From NCBI GenBank assembly GCA_040954595.2, contig CM082598.2, forward strand, positions 6,711,097 through 6,775,096: DNA of 64,000 nucleotides. Direction: 5' to 3'. The translations under genes were made by a program, and so were the position numbers. The first letter of the stretch is position 1, and every line of letters starts with the position of its first letter. Positions 1 through 11,914 of this stretch are shown here, piece after piece. The stretch comes from Balanoglossus misakiensis (Eukaryota; Animalia; Hemichordata). The notes beneath the pieces are model-generated. The model saw nothing but the letters and a program-made list of their open reading frames with translations. It was not told where the DNA came from and did no database searches.

Positions 1-115
1 TGCGAAATTTAATTGTAGCGTAACAGCTGTCTCCATTGATATGCGAACATTTCTTGTCACAGAAATTTCCTGTTTTAAAGTATATAAATAAATCAACTAG
101 ATCTTTTTATTGCAG

Positions 116-365
116 GTGCCACACCAAGTCATCTGTCACCTGGACAACCAAGTCAAATTGGAAGTCCGTCTCCACAACAACTGTCATCCTCTCAACAGAA
201 ACTGAGTCAGTCCCAGATGCAGGACCAAGGTCAAAGGTCATCAATGCCTTTTGCCCAGCCTACCAGTTTACCCAACCAACCAGTATCCACTGTCTCAGCA
301 AACAGAACACAACAACCCAATGTGACTGTTTCAAGTATCCCCATGAGACAATTTTGTCCACCCAG
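116..365 (+). pseudogene. Exon, S/P/Q-rich
   Basis: Acceptor tttttattgcag|g at 115/116, donor cccag|gtacag at 365/366; open frame from 118. Confidence 0.65.
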
Positions 366-804
366 GTACAGTTGTGGTCTACCTTCTACTTTATGAGATT
401 CAAATTAGCTGTTTCTAGTTACCCATCCTGCGAATTAAAAGCTTTTTATGACTGTATCACACAGCCTTGTCTTACCATTGTCCATACAGTACAGTAGACC
501 ATTTTTTCAAAACGCATTCAAAACTTCTATTTTGGTTGCTAGAAACCCACTCTGTGAATGCAAAGACTCTTTTGGATAATGCAACAGACTCAGTAATCAA
601 ATTCAATTTTTAATGTGATTAATGTTGATAAACCCTAAAACCCAATCCCTTCCAAATGTGAGTATGTGTGTTGAAAAAAGGGACTTAGAGACTTGCAAGC
701 TCAACATCGATTCAAAAATTGAAGTCATGAATTAAAAATGGGGTTTTGAATACTAGCCTTGATAATGCTCCATATTAACTAGGTTTGTTACTCTTTTTGG
801 ACAG

Positions 805-988
805 GCAACTTCACCACCAAAGATGACTTCCCAGCATGCACCAGCTGTTGCACTGAAAGCCACAGAGGGTGTCATGCAAATGGCAAATGCTAGTCAGTTC
901 AGTAAGACGCCACCAATTGCTGCTGTGTATTCTATCAACTCACAGCCACAGCAGAGATGGCCAGGTAATGATTCACAGCCACAACGAG
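805..988 (+). pseudogene. Exon copy 1 (ATSPPKMTSQHAPAVALK...SQPQR)
   Basis: Acceptor ctctttttggacag|, donor g|gtaggt; near-identical to 3149-3332. Confidence 0.65.
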
Positions 989-995
989 GTAGGTA

Positions 996-1156
996 CAGTC
1001 AAACCTGTCTACAGTGGCCAGTCAAGGGACTTTCTAAACTGGCATTTATAGACAGGTGGCTTCTATAGATGGGTCAGTTAATGTGCAATGGACATGTACG
1101 TGAACTGAAACAAAGTGGCCACTATATAGAGGTGGCCACAAACACAGATTTGACTG
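996..1156. mobile_element. pogo/Tigger-type MITE (second copy 3340-3503)
   Basis: TA then cagtcaaacctgt ... acagatttgactg terminal inverted repeats. Confidence 0.75.
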
Positions 1157-1287
1157 TCATATATGTTATGTTGCCATGGCAGTCATTTACCATGAGTTCG
1201 ATTATACATTGCCAAAACCTGAGGAAAAAAATATTCAAGTTCCCCTTTTCATATTCTCCATCAATGGTATAATACGCCAGTGTCATG

Positions 1288-1430
1288 ACCACACACAACT
1301 TCCACCCTGCTTGTAGCCACAAGAGTGAAAAAAAACCTCACCAATATGAGCAATCGGTCTCTATCATTTATTCATTTTGGGCGAGTTTTTATGCTCATAT
1401 CATTCAAGCGGGATGGAAATTGTGTATGGT
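1288..1430. repeat. Degenerate inverted repeat, probable small foldback element
   Basis: accacacacaacttccaccctgcttg pairs with caagcgggatggaaattgtgtatggt. Confidence 0.6.
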
Positions 1431-1759
1431 TGAACATTCATTCACTACATATACACATGTACATTAATATAAAATGTCTCTTGTAACAAACATAATGGAA
1501 AAAAGGGCAGCGAGAGAGAGACTTTGTCCCTTTAATAGAAATGTGCATGTAATATTTTATTCAAACCATCACTTCTGTCTTGAATAATCTTTCCTTAATA
1601 GAGTGGTGTACTGATTAGAGAGATGTCTTATTGACAGGTTTCACTGTATTATCAACGTTTTCAGTTCCATAATCCTTCAGTGTTTGCCAGAGAATTTCGA
1701 CAGCAGTCAAAAACTTTCTCTGCCATACTCACAATAAGAGAAAGCTTGCACCTGTGTTT

Positions 1760-1987
1760 TACTGTTAAATTACCATACCACAAAAAAAACAGGTTGTTTT
1801 TGCGAGCAATAAATTTTTCGCGAAATATGCGAGAACCAACAAACGTGAAAATAAAAGTCGCGTAAAATGTTTTTCGGAGATAAAGATGCAATGAAATACG
1901 AGAATATGAAAATTAATCCTCGCGTAACAGTTAGGTCTTTTAATGTCGCGAAAAATTTCCTTTCATGAAAATATTCCGTTTTACAGT
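1760..1987. mobile_element. TA-CTGT...ACAG-type MITE with repeated cgcgaaa motifs; a related right-end fragment at ~9000-9053
   Basis: tactgttaaa ... ttttacagt ends, CpG-rich internal repeats. Confidence 0.6.
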
Positions 1988-2596
1988 CCGGTAATATTGA
2001 AGGTCAGAATGCTTTTGATGAGAGAACAATACACCAGTTGCAAAGTATCTTGACAAACATGAAATGATTGAATTCTCCGAAGAAGATATAATCTCGCAGT
2101 TGGTGTATTGTTTCAGCATTCTGACCGTCAATATTATTCTGTTGAGCTATACATGCAATCTAGTCTATATATGATCAGGGGTGATTACATGTATATCATC
2201 GATAACAGATCCTAAATACTAAAAGAGCATAAAATGACTACGACAGATACTTTGTAAGTTGTAACAGGTGTGAAATAAGAATTTGGACAACACTGACAGT
2301 ATTTTGGCTATTGTTGGGGGGGGGGGGGTGGAGCAATAAGTGATTTTGGAACCCCATGTAACACCTGTCTTACCATTAATATGACTGCATTGATGGTACC
2401 ATGAAGAATGCTAGTAAAATGACTGGGGAACCCTGGTTTCATTTCCCTGATCACCACAATGGTTCAGTCCAACAGCATTGTTTTCTATGTTAAGGTTGGA
2501 CCTCTGAAGAGGGAATTGGGGTGGAAGGGTTAAAAAAACACTGACTGACAATACTGCCAATAACAAAATATTGTTTTATCTTCTCTGTGTATACAG

Positions 2597-2716
2597 CACA
2601 CCAATACAGAAACATGGTATAGTGATCTGAACTCTCCTCCATATCATTTGCCAAGTCAAGATAGTATTAGTTACAGTGGATTGACTGCAGATCAATTGAC
2701 TGCCATGTTGGGTGAG
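2597..2716 (+). pseudogene. Exon (HTNTETWYSDLNSPPYHLPSQDSISYSGLTADQLTAMLGE)
   Basis: Pyrimidine tract plus cag at 2594-2596 (alternative AG at 2608-2609), strong donor gag|gtaagc; ends in phase 0, matching the exon at 3149. Confidence 0.6.
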
Positions 2717-3148
2717 GTAAGCAGTGTTTTCTCCAGGACGCGCGATTGTGCGATTCCCCCTCTTTTACACTTGAATCTTGAACTTGTTACAAGGGGCGAT
2801 TCAATCGCCCCTTTCTTGAGCAGCCCACCCAGCCAGAGTACATGTGCGTCCATGCCTCCATAGCATGCACTGTCAGTCAAAACACTGGGAAAACGGCCGA
2901 TATTACTGCGTGCTGGCCTATACATTTTAACTTCCCACCCCCAAATTCAATTTTTAATGTGATTAATGTTGATAAGCCCTTAAACCCATTCCCTTCCAAA
3001 TGTGAGTATGTGTGTTGAAAAAAGGGACTTAGAGAGTGGCAAGCTCAACATCGATTCAAAAATTGAAGTCATGAATTAAAAATGGGGTTTTGAATACTAG
3101 CCTTGATAATGCTCCATATTAACTAGGTTTGTTACTCTTTTTGGACAG

Positions 3149-3332
3149 GCAACTTCACCACCAAAGATGACTTCCCAGCATGCACCAGCTGCTGCACTGA
3201 AAGCCACAGAGGGTGTCATGCAAATGGCAAATGCTAGTCAGTTCAGTAAGATGCCACCAATTGCTGCTGTGAATTCTATCAACTCACAGCCACAGCAGAG
3301 ATGGCCAGGTAATGATTCACAGCCACAAAGAG
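3149..3332 (+). pseudogene. Exon copy 2 (duplicate of 805-988)
   Basis: Same splice sites and frame, offset 2344 bp. Confidence 0.65.
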
Positions 3333-3728
3333 GTAGGTACAGTCAAACCTGTCTATACTGGCCAGTCTAGGGACTTTCTTAAACTGGCATTTATGCTAGA
3401 CAGGTGGCTTCTATAGACGGGTCAATTAATGTGCAATGTACATGTACATGAACTGAAACAAAGTGGCCACTACATAGACGTGGCCAAAAACCAGATTTGA
3501 CTGTCATAATTATATGTTATGTTGCCATGGCAGCCATTTACCATTAATTTGATTATACTCGGCCAAAACCAGCCATTGGTATGTTATGTTATGAGCTGAG
3601 TTATAATACCCACCTATCCCTTTTGCCTGGCAAGTTGCATTTTATCACTTTTCAGTATTTCAATAGAACTGCATTTGGAATATTTGTTACCTAACATGAC
3701 ATCAGAAGACGGTAGCTTGATGTCTTAA

Positions 3729-4372
3729 GGTGGCATTGCATGAAAAGTTGTGATTTTTGCCAAATTTTACTTTTTTACATAAATCGGTAGGCCTAATACT
3801 GACCCACAACCTGACTAATACGTCTTGGCGGAAATGGTGCATGATCACCCCAAAATAGCACTTTCCTGAATGAGTTCACAGCTTAACAAATAGGTGTCAA
3901 CAATGCAAATGGCCGTTTTTCCCAGTTTGCATTTTCGCTGCTCTTGACAACTTCAGACGAAAATAGCTTCGCTCTGCGTTGGCCGAATTTGCTCAAATTT
4001 TAACTGTGGATTGTGTATGACCCATCCAACAAAACGGTATTTTTGTTAGTCGATAAAGTGTCCCTGGCGGGAATATACTCTGATTCAATACAACTCACCG
4101 TGAATTTGATCAAATTTTACTAAAAATCTAACTTTCAAACGCTGTTACTCCTCAATGGAAACAGAATACGCAAAACAAAATTACCGTTTTTTTGCACGTG
4201 TACTCTAGTTTCGAATGACATATTAAGATGTATGATGCATGGTCAACTTTTTTACCTAATTTAAATTTAATGACATTATATCAAAAAATGGGTTTTTTCA
4301 CCCAAAATTGCCACCATTTCCGGGGATCAATAATATTTGTAACTCAAACAAAAGTTCAAAAACTCAGCATCC
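3729..4372. mobile_element. Non-autonomous DNA transposon fragment, TTAA-GG start (Kolobok-like), interrupted
   Basis: ttaa|ggtggcattgc start; no matching right TIR found. Confidence 0.35.
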
Positions 4373-5115
4373 AGAATATTATAAGGTTATTCACAAAATA
4401 CCAGGATTTATGTCCGAGTACATCGTGCAGCGCAGGTATTGTCCGAGACGCGCAGCGTCGAGGACAATACCGAAGCGTAGGATGTACGAGGACATAAATC
4501 CCGGTATTTTGTGAATAACCTTATTATTATACACCTTTTCCGGACGTCCTTGATGAACGATAAAGAATGAATAGGCCGCTATCGGACTTTCTAGTTTTCA
4601 GACGCCGCCATGATGTAATTTGCATATCAAACGCGCCTTGACCACGCGCATCAGGTGATGTGTCGAGCTGCCGATGTCTCGCGCGCAATGTTCTACGCTG
4701 CTTGCGCTGAGCTCGTTCTGGAACTTGAAATGAACGCGCTCGTCTGTTTGTTCACAGATTCCTTCGACTGAAATTTCAGGGTGGATTTTGACTTATTTCG
4801 CATCTTGGGTCACAAAATTACCGTTTTTTTGGCACGTGTACTCTAGTTTCGAATGACATATTAAGATGTATGATGCATGGTCAACTTTTTTACCTAATTT
4901 AAATTTAATGACATTATATCAAAAAATGTTTTTTTTCACCCAAAATTGCCACCATTTCCGGGGATCAATAATATTTGTAACTCAAACAAAAGTTCAAAAA
5001 CTCAGCTTCCAGAATATTATAAGGTTATTCACAAAATACCGGGATTTATGTCCGAGTACATCGTGCAGCGCAGGTATTGTCCGAGACGCGCAGCGTCTCG
5101 GACAATACCGAAGCG
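4176..5115 (+). repeat. ~300-bp direct duplication, offset 638 bp
   Basis: ORF-track peptides at 4228/4866 and 4308/4946 are near identical. Confidence 0.95.
4381..4524. mobile_element. 144-bp quasi-palindromic element end with a GCA-triloop apex; partial second copy at 5019-5115
   Basis: ataaggttattcacaaaatacc...ggtattttgtgaataaccttat with nested stems ggatttatgtcc/ggacataaatcc, ggtattgtcc/ggacaatacc, gacgc-GCA-gcgtc. Confidence 0.85.
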
Positions 5116-5496
5116 TCGCTCCGGTATCTCCTAATACTCCGTAATACTTTAATCAGATTATATTCGTAATTTATTCAAGAGTGGGTTCGGGTACTATATT
5201 CGGTACTGTTCGAGTGTTTCCGTTGGAGTCAAGTGATCATATAAACATCAGGCTGCATGGAACACGCATGTGCGTGACCTTTGACTTTGAACCATCGAGG
5301 AGATTTGGCCCGTATGCACCAAATCTACGCTGAAAAAAAACATGAATTGCGCGTTTGGCCAAGCTGGTAGCTCTTGTCATGAAGTCCACACATTACAACA
5401 TACATTTAAGGTTTTATGCCGAACGAACAGATATTGTAGGCACCGTTTGGTTTACCGGCAATTCCACTCGAAGTTGACGATTGTGGACGCGATCAT

Positions 5497-5940
5497 TTAA
5501 CGTGTAATCCTATGGTGATAAAGTAACTGCACATCGCGAAAAATGGCAAAATCCGAACGTGGATAGCGAAAATGGCCATGTGCTTCTGCCTATAAGACGC
5601 ACATTTTCTGAAAGTTTATTGCTTCGTCTCCACTCTAATGCAAAAATTTGACGTAGGACCCATGTACTTTTAACGTGAGAGTGATTTTAAAATGTCTTGT
5701 TTTTGAAAATGCTTTGATGGTTTACGTGTAATCCTATGGCGATAGAGTAACCGCACTTCGCGAAAATTGGCAAAACCCGAACGTGGATAGCGAAAATGGC
5801 CATGTGCTTCTGCCTATAAGACGCACAATATCTGAAAGTTTATTGCTTCGTCTCCACTATAATGCAAAACTTAGACGTAGGACCCTTGTACTTTTAAAGT
5901 GAGCGTGATTTTAAAATGACTTGTTTTTTTAGCATGCTTA
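5497..5940 (+). repeat. Two tandem ~224-bp units inside a CpG-rich transposon remnant
   Basis: acgtgtaatcctatgg...cgaacgtggatagcgaaaatggcc recurs at ~5500 and ~5724. Confidence 0.9.
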
Positions 5941-7071
5941 TAAAGATCGGTTCTCCATTTGGTCAAATATGCGTCGAATTTTTCTGTTTTCACTTCTTTA
6001 TTTCCGTTACATCGAGACAAAAATGGTGATAATTTTACAGTAATTTACCACTTCTTTGTGACTTAAACAGCAAGTTTTCGTGAGTACGTCTGAGAGTACC
6101 CGAGGGGGTGTGTCACTGTGTACGTTGACAGCGGCAACGGTCACCGGACGTCAAAGGACAGTGTAGACAAAGAGAACGCAATAGGTGTGAATGGGCTTAA
6201 GCGGCAGTCCGAAGTCCTTCTCTTTTTACGTCCATGGTCACATGGACTTGGGTAATCTGAGTGTGGTCAGAAATTGAACTTACACACATTGATTGAGTTA
6301 AGAACATGTCTGGTGTATTACTGTAATATGACTAGATACTTCAAATTCATTAACTATAAGCGTATGTTGAAATACACAGTTTTCATTGATATATCTGATT
6401 CATGAAATTAAATACACATGTTCATTAAAACCCTCTATGATAGAGCGCCCCCACTGTTCAGAATGTCAATTTTGAAGTCCTACATCTATGATGTCATGCC
6501 TAGCTGTCAATGTTAACTGATGTGTACTTGTACTTCTTGTAAATGGAAGTACTTTAAAGTAAAGCTCAGATGCAAGGGTTTGTAAAATAAATATAATATT
6601 AAAACGTTGCCATCATTTTACTCCTTTGGAACAGCGGTCCAATTGACTAATGTGATCACTCTGTGTGCGGCATATGGCAATTATTAAGCATTTAGTATTT
6701 TTCAATCAGAAGCCATTAATCCTGTGATTAATTCTGCTTCTTGCAACATTGATTTTAAATCACCACACATGAATTATTTTGTCCAAAGGACTGCAGTGCC
6801 CAAGTTTTTATGATAAGATAAACAAACAGTGAAATTCACTGAAGAAGTGAGCGAGCACTTGCCCATTCATTGTTCAATGAAAGGTGACCACCAAAACAAA
6901 ATTATTGAGGAAATAACCCGAAGTTGGAGTTACTGAGCTTTAAATTGATTTCAATAATCTCCCAAGTGAAAAGCTTGGATTGGCTGATGCTCCTGTAGTC
7001 ATGTTACCTGTAGGTAGATTGACACATGACAATGTTTGACTGTTTACAATTTTCTTTGTTTGATCTTTCAG

Positions 7072-7303
7072 AGGAATATTCAAGCACTGCAGAAGAATCT
7101 AGAGATGGCACAGAAAAAAAGAACTTGAATTGACAAAACAGCAAAATCAACATGCAAGAAAAAGTCAACTCATAGCACAAAGACCACAACAACAACAGCA
7201 ATTACAAAGGTTACAACAACAGAGAGCCCAACAACAACAAGCACTGCAAGCACAGCCATCCAATATACAATCAACAAGTCAACAACTAAGACACCACTTG
7301 CAA
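7072..7303 (+). pseudogene. Exon, predicted helix plus poly-Q; +1 frameshift in an A7 run
   Basis: Acceptor tttgatctttcag|, donor caa|gtaagt; RNIQALQKNLEMAQKK joins ELELTKQQ only if the A-run at 7114-7120 is 6 nt. Confidence 0.7.
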
Positions 7304-8478
7304 GTAAGTTGTCACAAAAATGTGAACAGTGAATATTTTGAAAAACCAAGACTGATACCCGTGTCACTCCTGGGAATGGTTATGTGGGGAAAAATAAAAT
7401 CATTTTTCTCAAAAAAGAGCTTTCTTGATGTTACAAATAACATGGTCTGTGCCATTCCCAAACTTATTTTAATGTATTGGGGACCTGACAGTCACACAGA
7501 ATAAATTCAAAGCAGTATTTGACCACAGCAGACCTAAATTACAGACAGAGGAATACAACAAATCTTGTCTCATTCTTATATTCAATTCTTCTAGTTTTTC
7601 CATGGTATCAGTGTGGAAGCACTGATGATAACCTTGGGCAGACAGTTTTAAATGCCGACAATCGTCTTACTCTTATTCGCATATGCTTAATTTTGTGTGT
7701 ACAAAAATAATGTCAAATCTAAATATTCTACAAATTCTATGTGCGTGCATTCAAATAGTGGACTGCCTTCGCTTCCTTCTATATTTCTTGCTCGCAATGT
7801 AAGACGAACTTAGTTTTGTCTCTTCTTTTCACTCAATTTGCTGTCTTTTCCTAATCTAATTCTACTGATTGGCCGGAGCAATGACCCGGGTGTTGCTAAT
7901 AGTTGGAAAATAATTAGCATTAATAAGCAAGATATGTTCCATGGCAACAGCCAATCAGCAGTGTGTCGCGTACAGTGATTGACTTGAACGACGTCAGAGT
8001 CAAAACCATGGGGTGACCTTGTTGCCGTGACATTGGATTTTGTGTTCTATTGACATGCCGATCTAAAAATGGCATGTAGTTGGCTCTGTGGCCAGGCCCT
8101 AGTGTGTGGGTCTATCCAAAACACACTGGGTATGGTGACCAGGCTAGATCTTCTGTGGATACCCAAAATTTTGTCAACAAGTTTTGATCCTAAACTGATC
8201 GATCTATGTCCTACAAAATCTAAACTTCTAGATCTATTGGTTAGTGTAAAGTTAGGCGTGTATATAATTAATTAGGTCAATGGGGGTCCTGAAACTAACC
8301 ATAACATTTTAGACACAGCCTAAATCAATTTCCCATTGTACAGTTACTATATGCCGCCCTAAATTTCAGTCTGATTGACAAATGTGAACTACGTTAAAGA
8401 GAGCTGTCTCCTGATACATTGCCACCTTCTGTGAAGTGACTCTTAAAAGAAAACCATTTTGTTTGCATTCAACTGCAG

Positions 8479-8633
8479 CAGCAACAACAAGCCAGTGGAA
8501 CACAAGCAACCATTCCACCACCAAAACAGCAACACAACAAACATGGCAACAACAACAGCAACAGCAGCAGTTATCACAACAACAACATCAACAACAGCTG
8601 CTACTAGGACAACAGCCACGGCCGTGACCACAG
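8479..8633 (+). pseudogene. Poly-Q exon with frameshift and internal TGA
   Basis: Acceptor aactgcag|, CAA/CAG runs, frame change near 8533, ccg TGA cca cag|gtacct. Confidence 0.55.
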
Positions 8634-10565
8634 GTACCTCAGATGGGCTTGGCACCCAGCATGCAACAAACACAGCAACAAACAAGTAGTAGTCTGCTGG
8701 CTGATGACAGAAGTCTTTTTGATATTCTGAATCAATAAATTCATACAGGAAACTGACTATAATGAACAGAAGACTGTTCATGCCTTCATTACCATTGTAA
8801 CTTCTATATACTAAATGAAACCTAGATCCCCAAAGAAATGTCAGAAATTTCTCAAGGTATCGTGGAATTTTCAAATATTCCACACATTCAAGTGTTGGGG
8901 ATTTGGAATATTTATCATTCTCATCAGTATTTACTGTATACAGACACATCCATTCCAAAGCTATCACATACTTTTTAAAATTAATCGTTGTGAAACAGTT
9001 CCTAGTTCGATATTGCGAAAATTTCCTTCCGCGAAAATGTCCAGTTATACAGTATGCAGCTGTATTTTTTCTTGCCTGATACCCCTTTGCTGGGAATTGT
9101 GATGTAACTAGCATCTCCCTTGAATGGTGATTGGGTATAACATTATAGTGATGGCAAGGCTAATTTGAATTCAAAATGGTACCCATCCTTAATCACACAT
9201 ATGTATCCTTTAACCAGTCATTGGAAAAACAAAGTCTGTGATTGACTTCAAGGGGACGCTACACGTTTTTGGAGGCAAAGCAGACAAAATACAGCTATGT
9301 ACTAGACTAATATTTCATTAATGCCTGATCATTAAACTGGAGAACGTATCTCTAAAGTTGCTCTCTATCGCTCCCTCAGGGAAGAGAGCAATAGACAAAA
9401 CTTTGATTGACAGAACTTCCAGTTGTGTACTTATCATTTGTATTACCCAATCACAGACTTTGTGTTATTGGTCATTTATCTGTCCAATTCTGATACTCTT
9501 GTGTTCAGTTGAGCATTACACCAAAGAAGTCACACTATAACAGTGACAATAAAACACTTGCATAAACATGGATTGCTCAGGTCTGGTTACAGATTACCTG
9601 TGGACCAACTAATCCAGCTATAATGAATGTGTTTCCTTATATACAGAGAATTGTCGGTTGTATGAGACGTGTTAATATTACACTCTAGCATGGGGCAATG
9701 TTCACACATATATTTATCATGTGAAAGCCACAAAGTCACCAGCTCTTCATGTTAATTTTTTGTTGTTGAATAATTTGTTATGATCTGATTGATGAAAATT
9801 GAATTGAAGCTGAACCTACAGCATATGTGTGGACAAAACATGTTTACACTTCCATGTAGTAATTTCTGTTACAGCCAAACAATTAAATAACACCATTATT
9901 ACAAAATTAACGAAACTCACCCCAGGGCTATCACTAATTTGAAGGGATGCTGATCCAGAGTTAATGTTTCATTGGGGAGTCTAACAGTGTTTTGAAATGT
10001 CACATTGTAATTTGAAAGTTTAGGCTTGGGTAGTGACAATGTCATTACATTGTTGTGTACAAAATTTGAATGGAGCTCTATGAAAAGAGAAAAGTGGTGT
10101 GTGGAAAAAATCAGTCTCTGTGCTAATATCAAGTGCATTCATTCGACTCTAAAGGAATGTTTGGTAAAACAATTAACTTTTTGTGTGTCAGCATTATTGG
10201 GAAAGATTAAGCCCAAACATGTATTCAATTTAGATAAAAATGGAAAATCACCATCAGCCTTTTTTCTTAGCACTCTCACCTTTCACCCAATTCCCTGTGT
10301 AGACATCCAACTTTCCCACCGGAAACAATGGAGTTGGACCGAACCATTTGTTCACTTGAATATATATAATATCTGTATGTATGTAACACCTGTATTCTTT
10401 GCAGTCATCATTTAATCATTTATTTATGTGGACACCTTTCTAGTAATGATAGAACTTACATTCTATTTGTTGATCTCAATTATATGCAAACCACCAGGAT
10501 GTTTCATTTGACTAATGAACTCAAGCTAATGCGCCACCATAGTGTAGATTGCTGATATAAAAGGA

Positions 10566-10900
10566 CCCCATGCATATATTTAGTCAGTTCATCTCTGTAT
10601 CCAGACCGGCCACATGTATGAACTGAAGATGTCTATGTTCAATTTCAGGTTAGTTTTCCTTGTACTTTACCTGTAGCTTGAAGCTTTTTATATTGGTGCA
10701 TTCTACTGGCTCATTTCAGCACAAGTAATTGGTGTCTGAACTGTCAAGTCTTCAATTGTACTTCTGTATTTTTCACTTGCATGAATTTTTGTGTATTCTG
10801 CTGTAGGTGAACTCCCATACATGTGTGTAATTTAGCAGTTCACCTGTGTAGCCAGACCGGCCACACATATGAACTGATGATGTCCCTCTTCAATTTCAGT
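10566..10900 (+). repeat. Pair of ~85-bp diverged direct repeats about 250 bp apart
   Basis: cagttca..tgt..ccagaccggccaca..tatgaactga.gatgtc...ttcaatttcag occurs twice. Confidence 0.8.
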
Positions 10901-11914
10901 TAAGAAATGTTATAGGCCAATGTCTTGTGAAACCTTTAAACCATTTTGGTGTGTTTTGTGGTGAACGGCGACACCCGTGACAAGTATGTTAGAATCAAAC
11001 TATTAGATGCATGTGAAGAAATATAGTCTGTTATAAGGAAGTGACTGGAGTGAAGGAGACCTTGTACGACGGAAAGTACTTTAATAGACTCGAAATGCAC
11101 TCAAATTACTATTGAGATATAATGCATTTATATATGCTTAAAAAGGTAAATTAATGAATGGTGTCAACAAAATGAACGTTCATGATACGTTTAGATCATT
11201 TTCTCGTCCCGCTAGGGGGTTCAACGTCAAAAGGAAAGTTCACTATTCAAATGCAAATAAAGTCATTAAAGAGTCCTCATCTCTTCTATCCAGTGACCAT
11301 AGTTGCCAAACGATTAAAATCATATGTTTTTAATATCAATATTCACATACATTGCTTTTTACTTTTCTTGAATTTCCTAACATTTTTTTATTTTAATAAA
11401 AACAAGAGCCTTTCATGACCACTTATTGACTTTCGAAAATATTTCATGTAATCAGCCATTCATTTTATGTGTGTGTGAAGAATGACCCTCTGAGGCTGTA
11501 GAATCATGTATAGTGCTGAAGGGGAGGGGGGACACCATTCCTCAATTTTGTTGATTTTGCATAAGATGATAAGTTGGTATTTTCCACATATTGCTTTTTG
11601 TACTGAGAATTACTCAGTTCTTAAGAAGAGCTTTTAACTAACATTTCATTGTACTTACAAGACTGCCAGAGTATGTAAATATTATATGCAGCATTAGGAA
11701 GGAATATCTTTGATATTTTTATTCCAACAATTTTCCTATCATGATAAAGAAATAGACAGAGATATCATGTAAGGATTTTTGCATACTTAAAATAAATATT
11801 CTGATAAAATGAGTGCTTTTGTCTGTCTCTTTGATTTCAGACAAGGATCAGTATTTGTTGTTGCTCTTCCAGCACAGATTCCAATCAGAAGGCAATTGTG
11901 ATGACCAGTATGTT

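Larger units (their letters stand above)
598..3570 (+). repeat. ~620-bp direct duplication (598-~1220 and 2942-~3570) containing an exon, its splice sites and a MITE
   Basis: Both copies begin caaattcaatttttaatgtgattaatg and run nearly identical to ...gccaaaacc. Confidence 0.95.
116..8633 (+). pseudogene. Multi-exon fragment of a glutamine/proline/serine-rich protein gene, probably an unprocessed pseudogene; 5' part lies upstream of the window
   Basis: AG/GT-bounded exon candidates with pyrimidine tracts at 116-365, 805-988, 2597(or 2610)-2716, 3149-3332, 7072-7303 and 8479-8633 translate to coherent Q/P/S-rich peptide (GATPSHLSPGQPSQIGSPSPQQ...; RNIQALQKNLEMAQKKELELTKQQ...QQLRHHLQ; QQQQASGTQ...WQQQQQQQQLSQQQ). 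This needs 1-nt indels near 351, 7114-7120 and 8533 and crosses a TGA at 8625-8627. Exon phases are not fully compatible between 3332 and 7072. Confidence 0.6.

Noticed and set aside
36-497. 153-aa ORF as a gene
   Set aside because: Overlaps the exon in another frame and runs through splice sites; the Q/P/S-rich frame fits the other exons better.
8443-9114. 223-aa minus-strand ORF (and 7170-7367)
   Set aside because: Antisense shadow of CAA/CAG repeats plus intron and MITE sequence.
11841-11907. Possible small exon (tttcag|...cca|gtatgt)
   Set aside because: Splice signals are plausible but no frame links it convincingly to the Q-rich gene.
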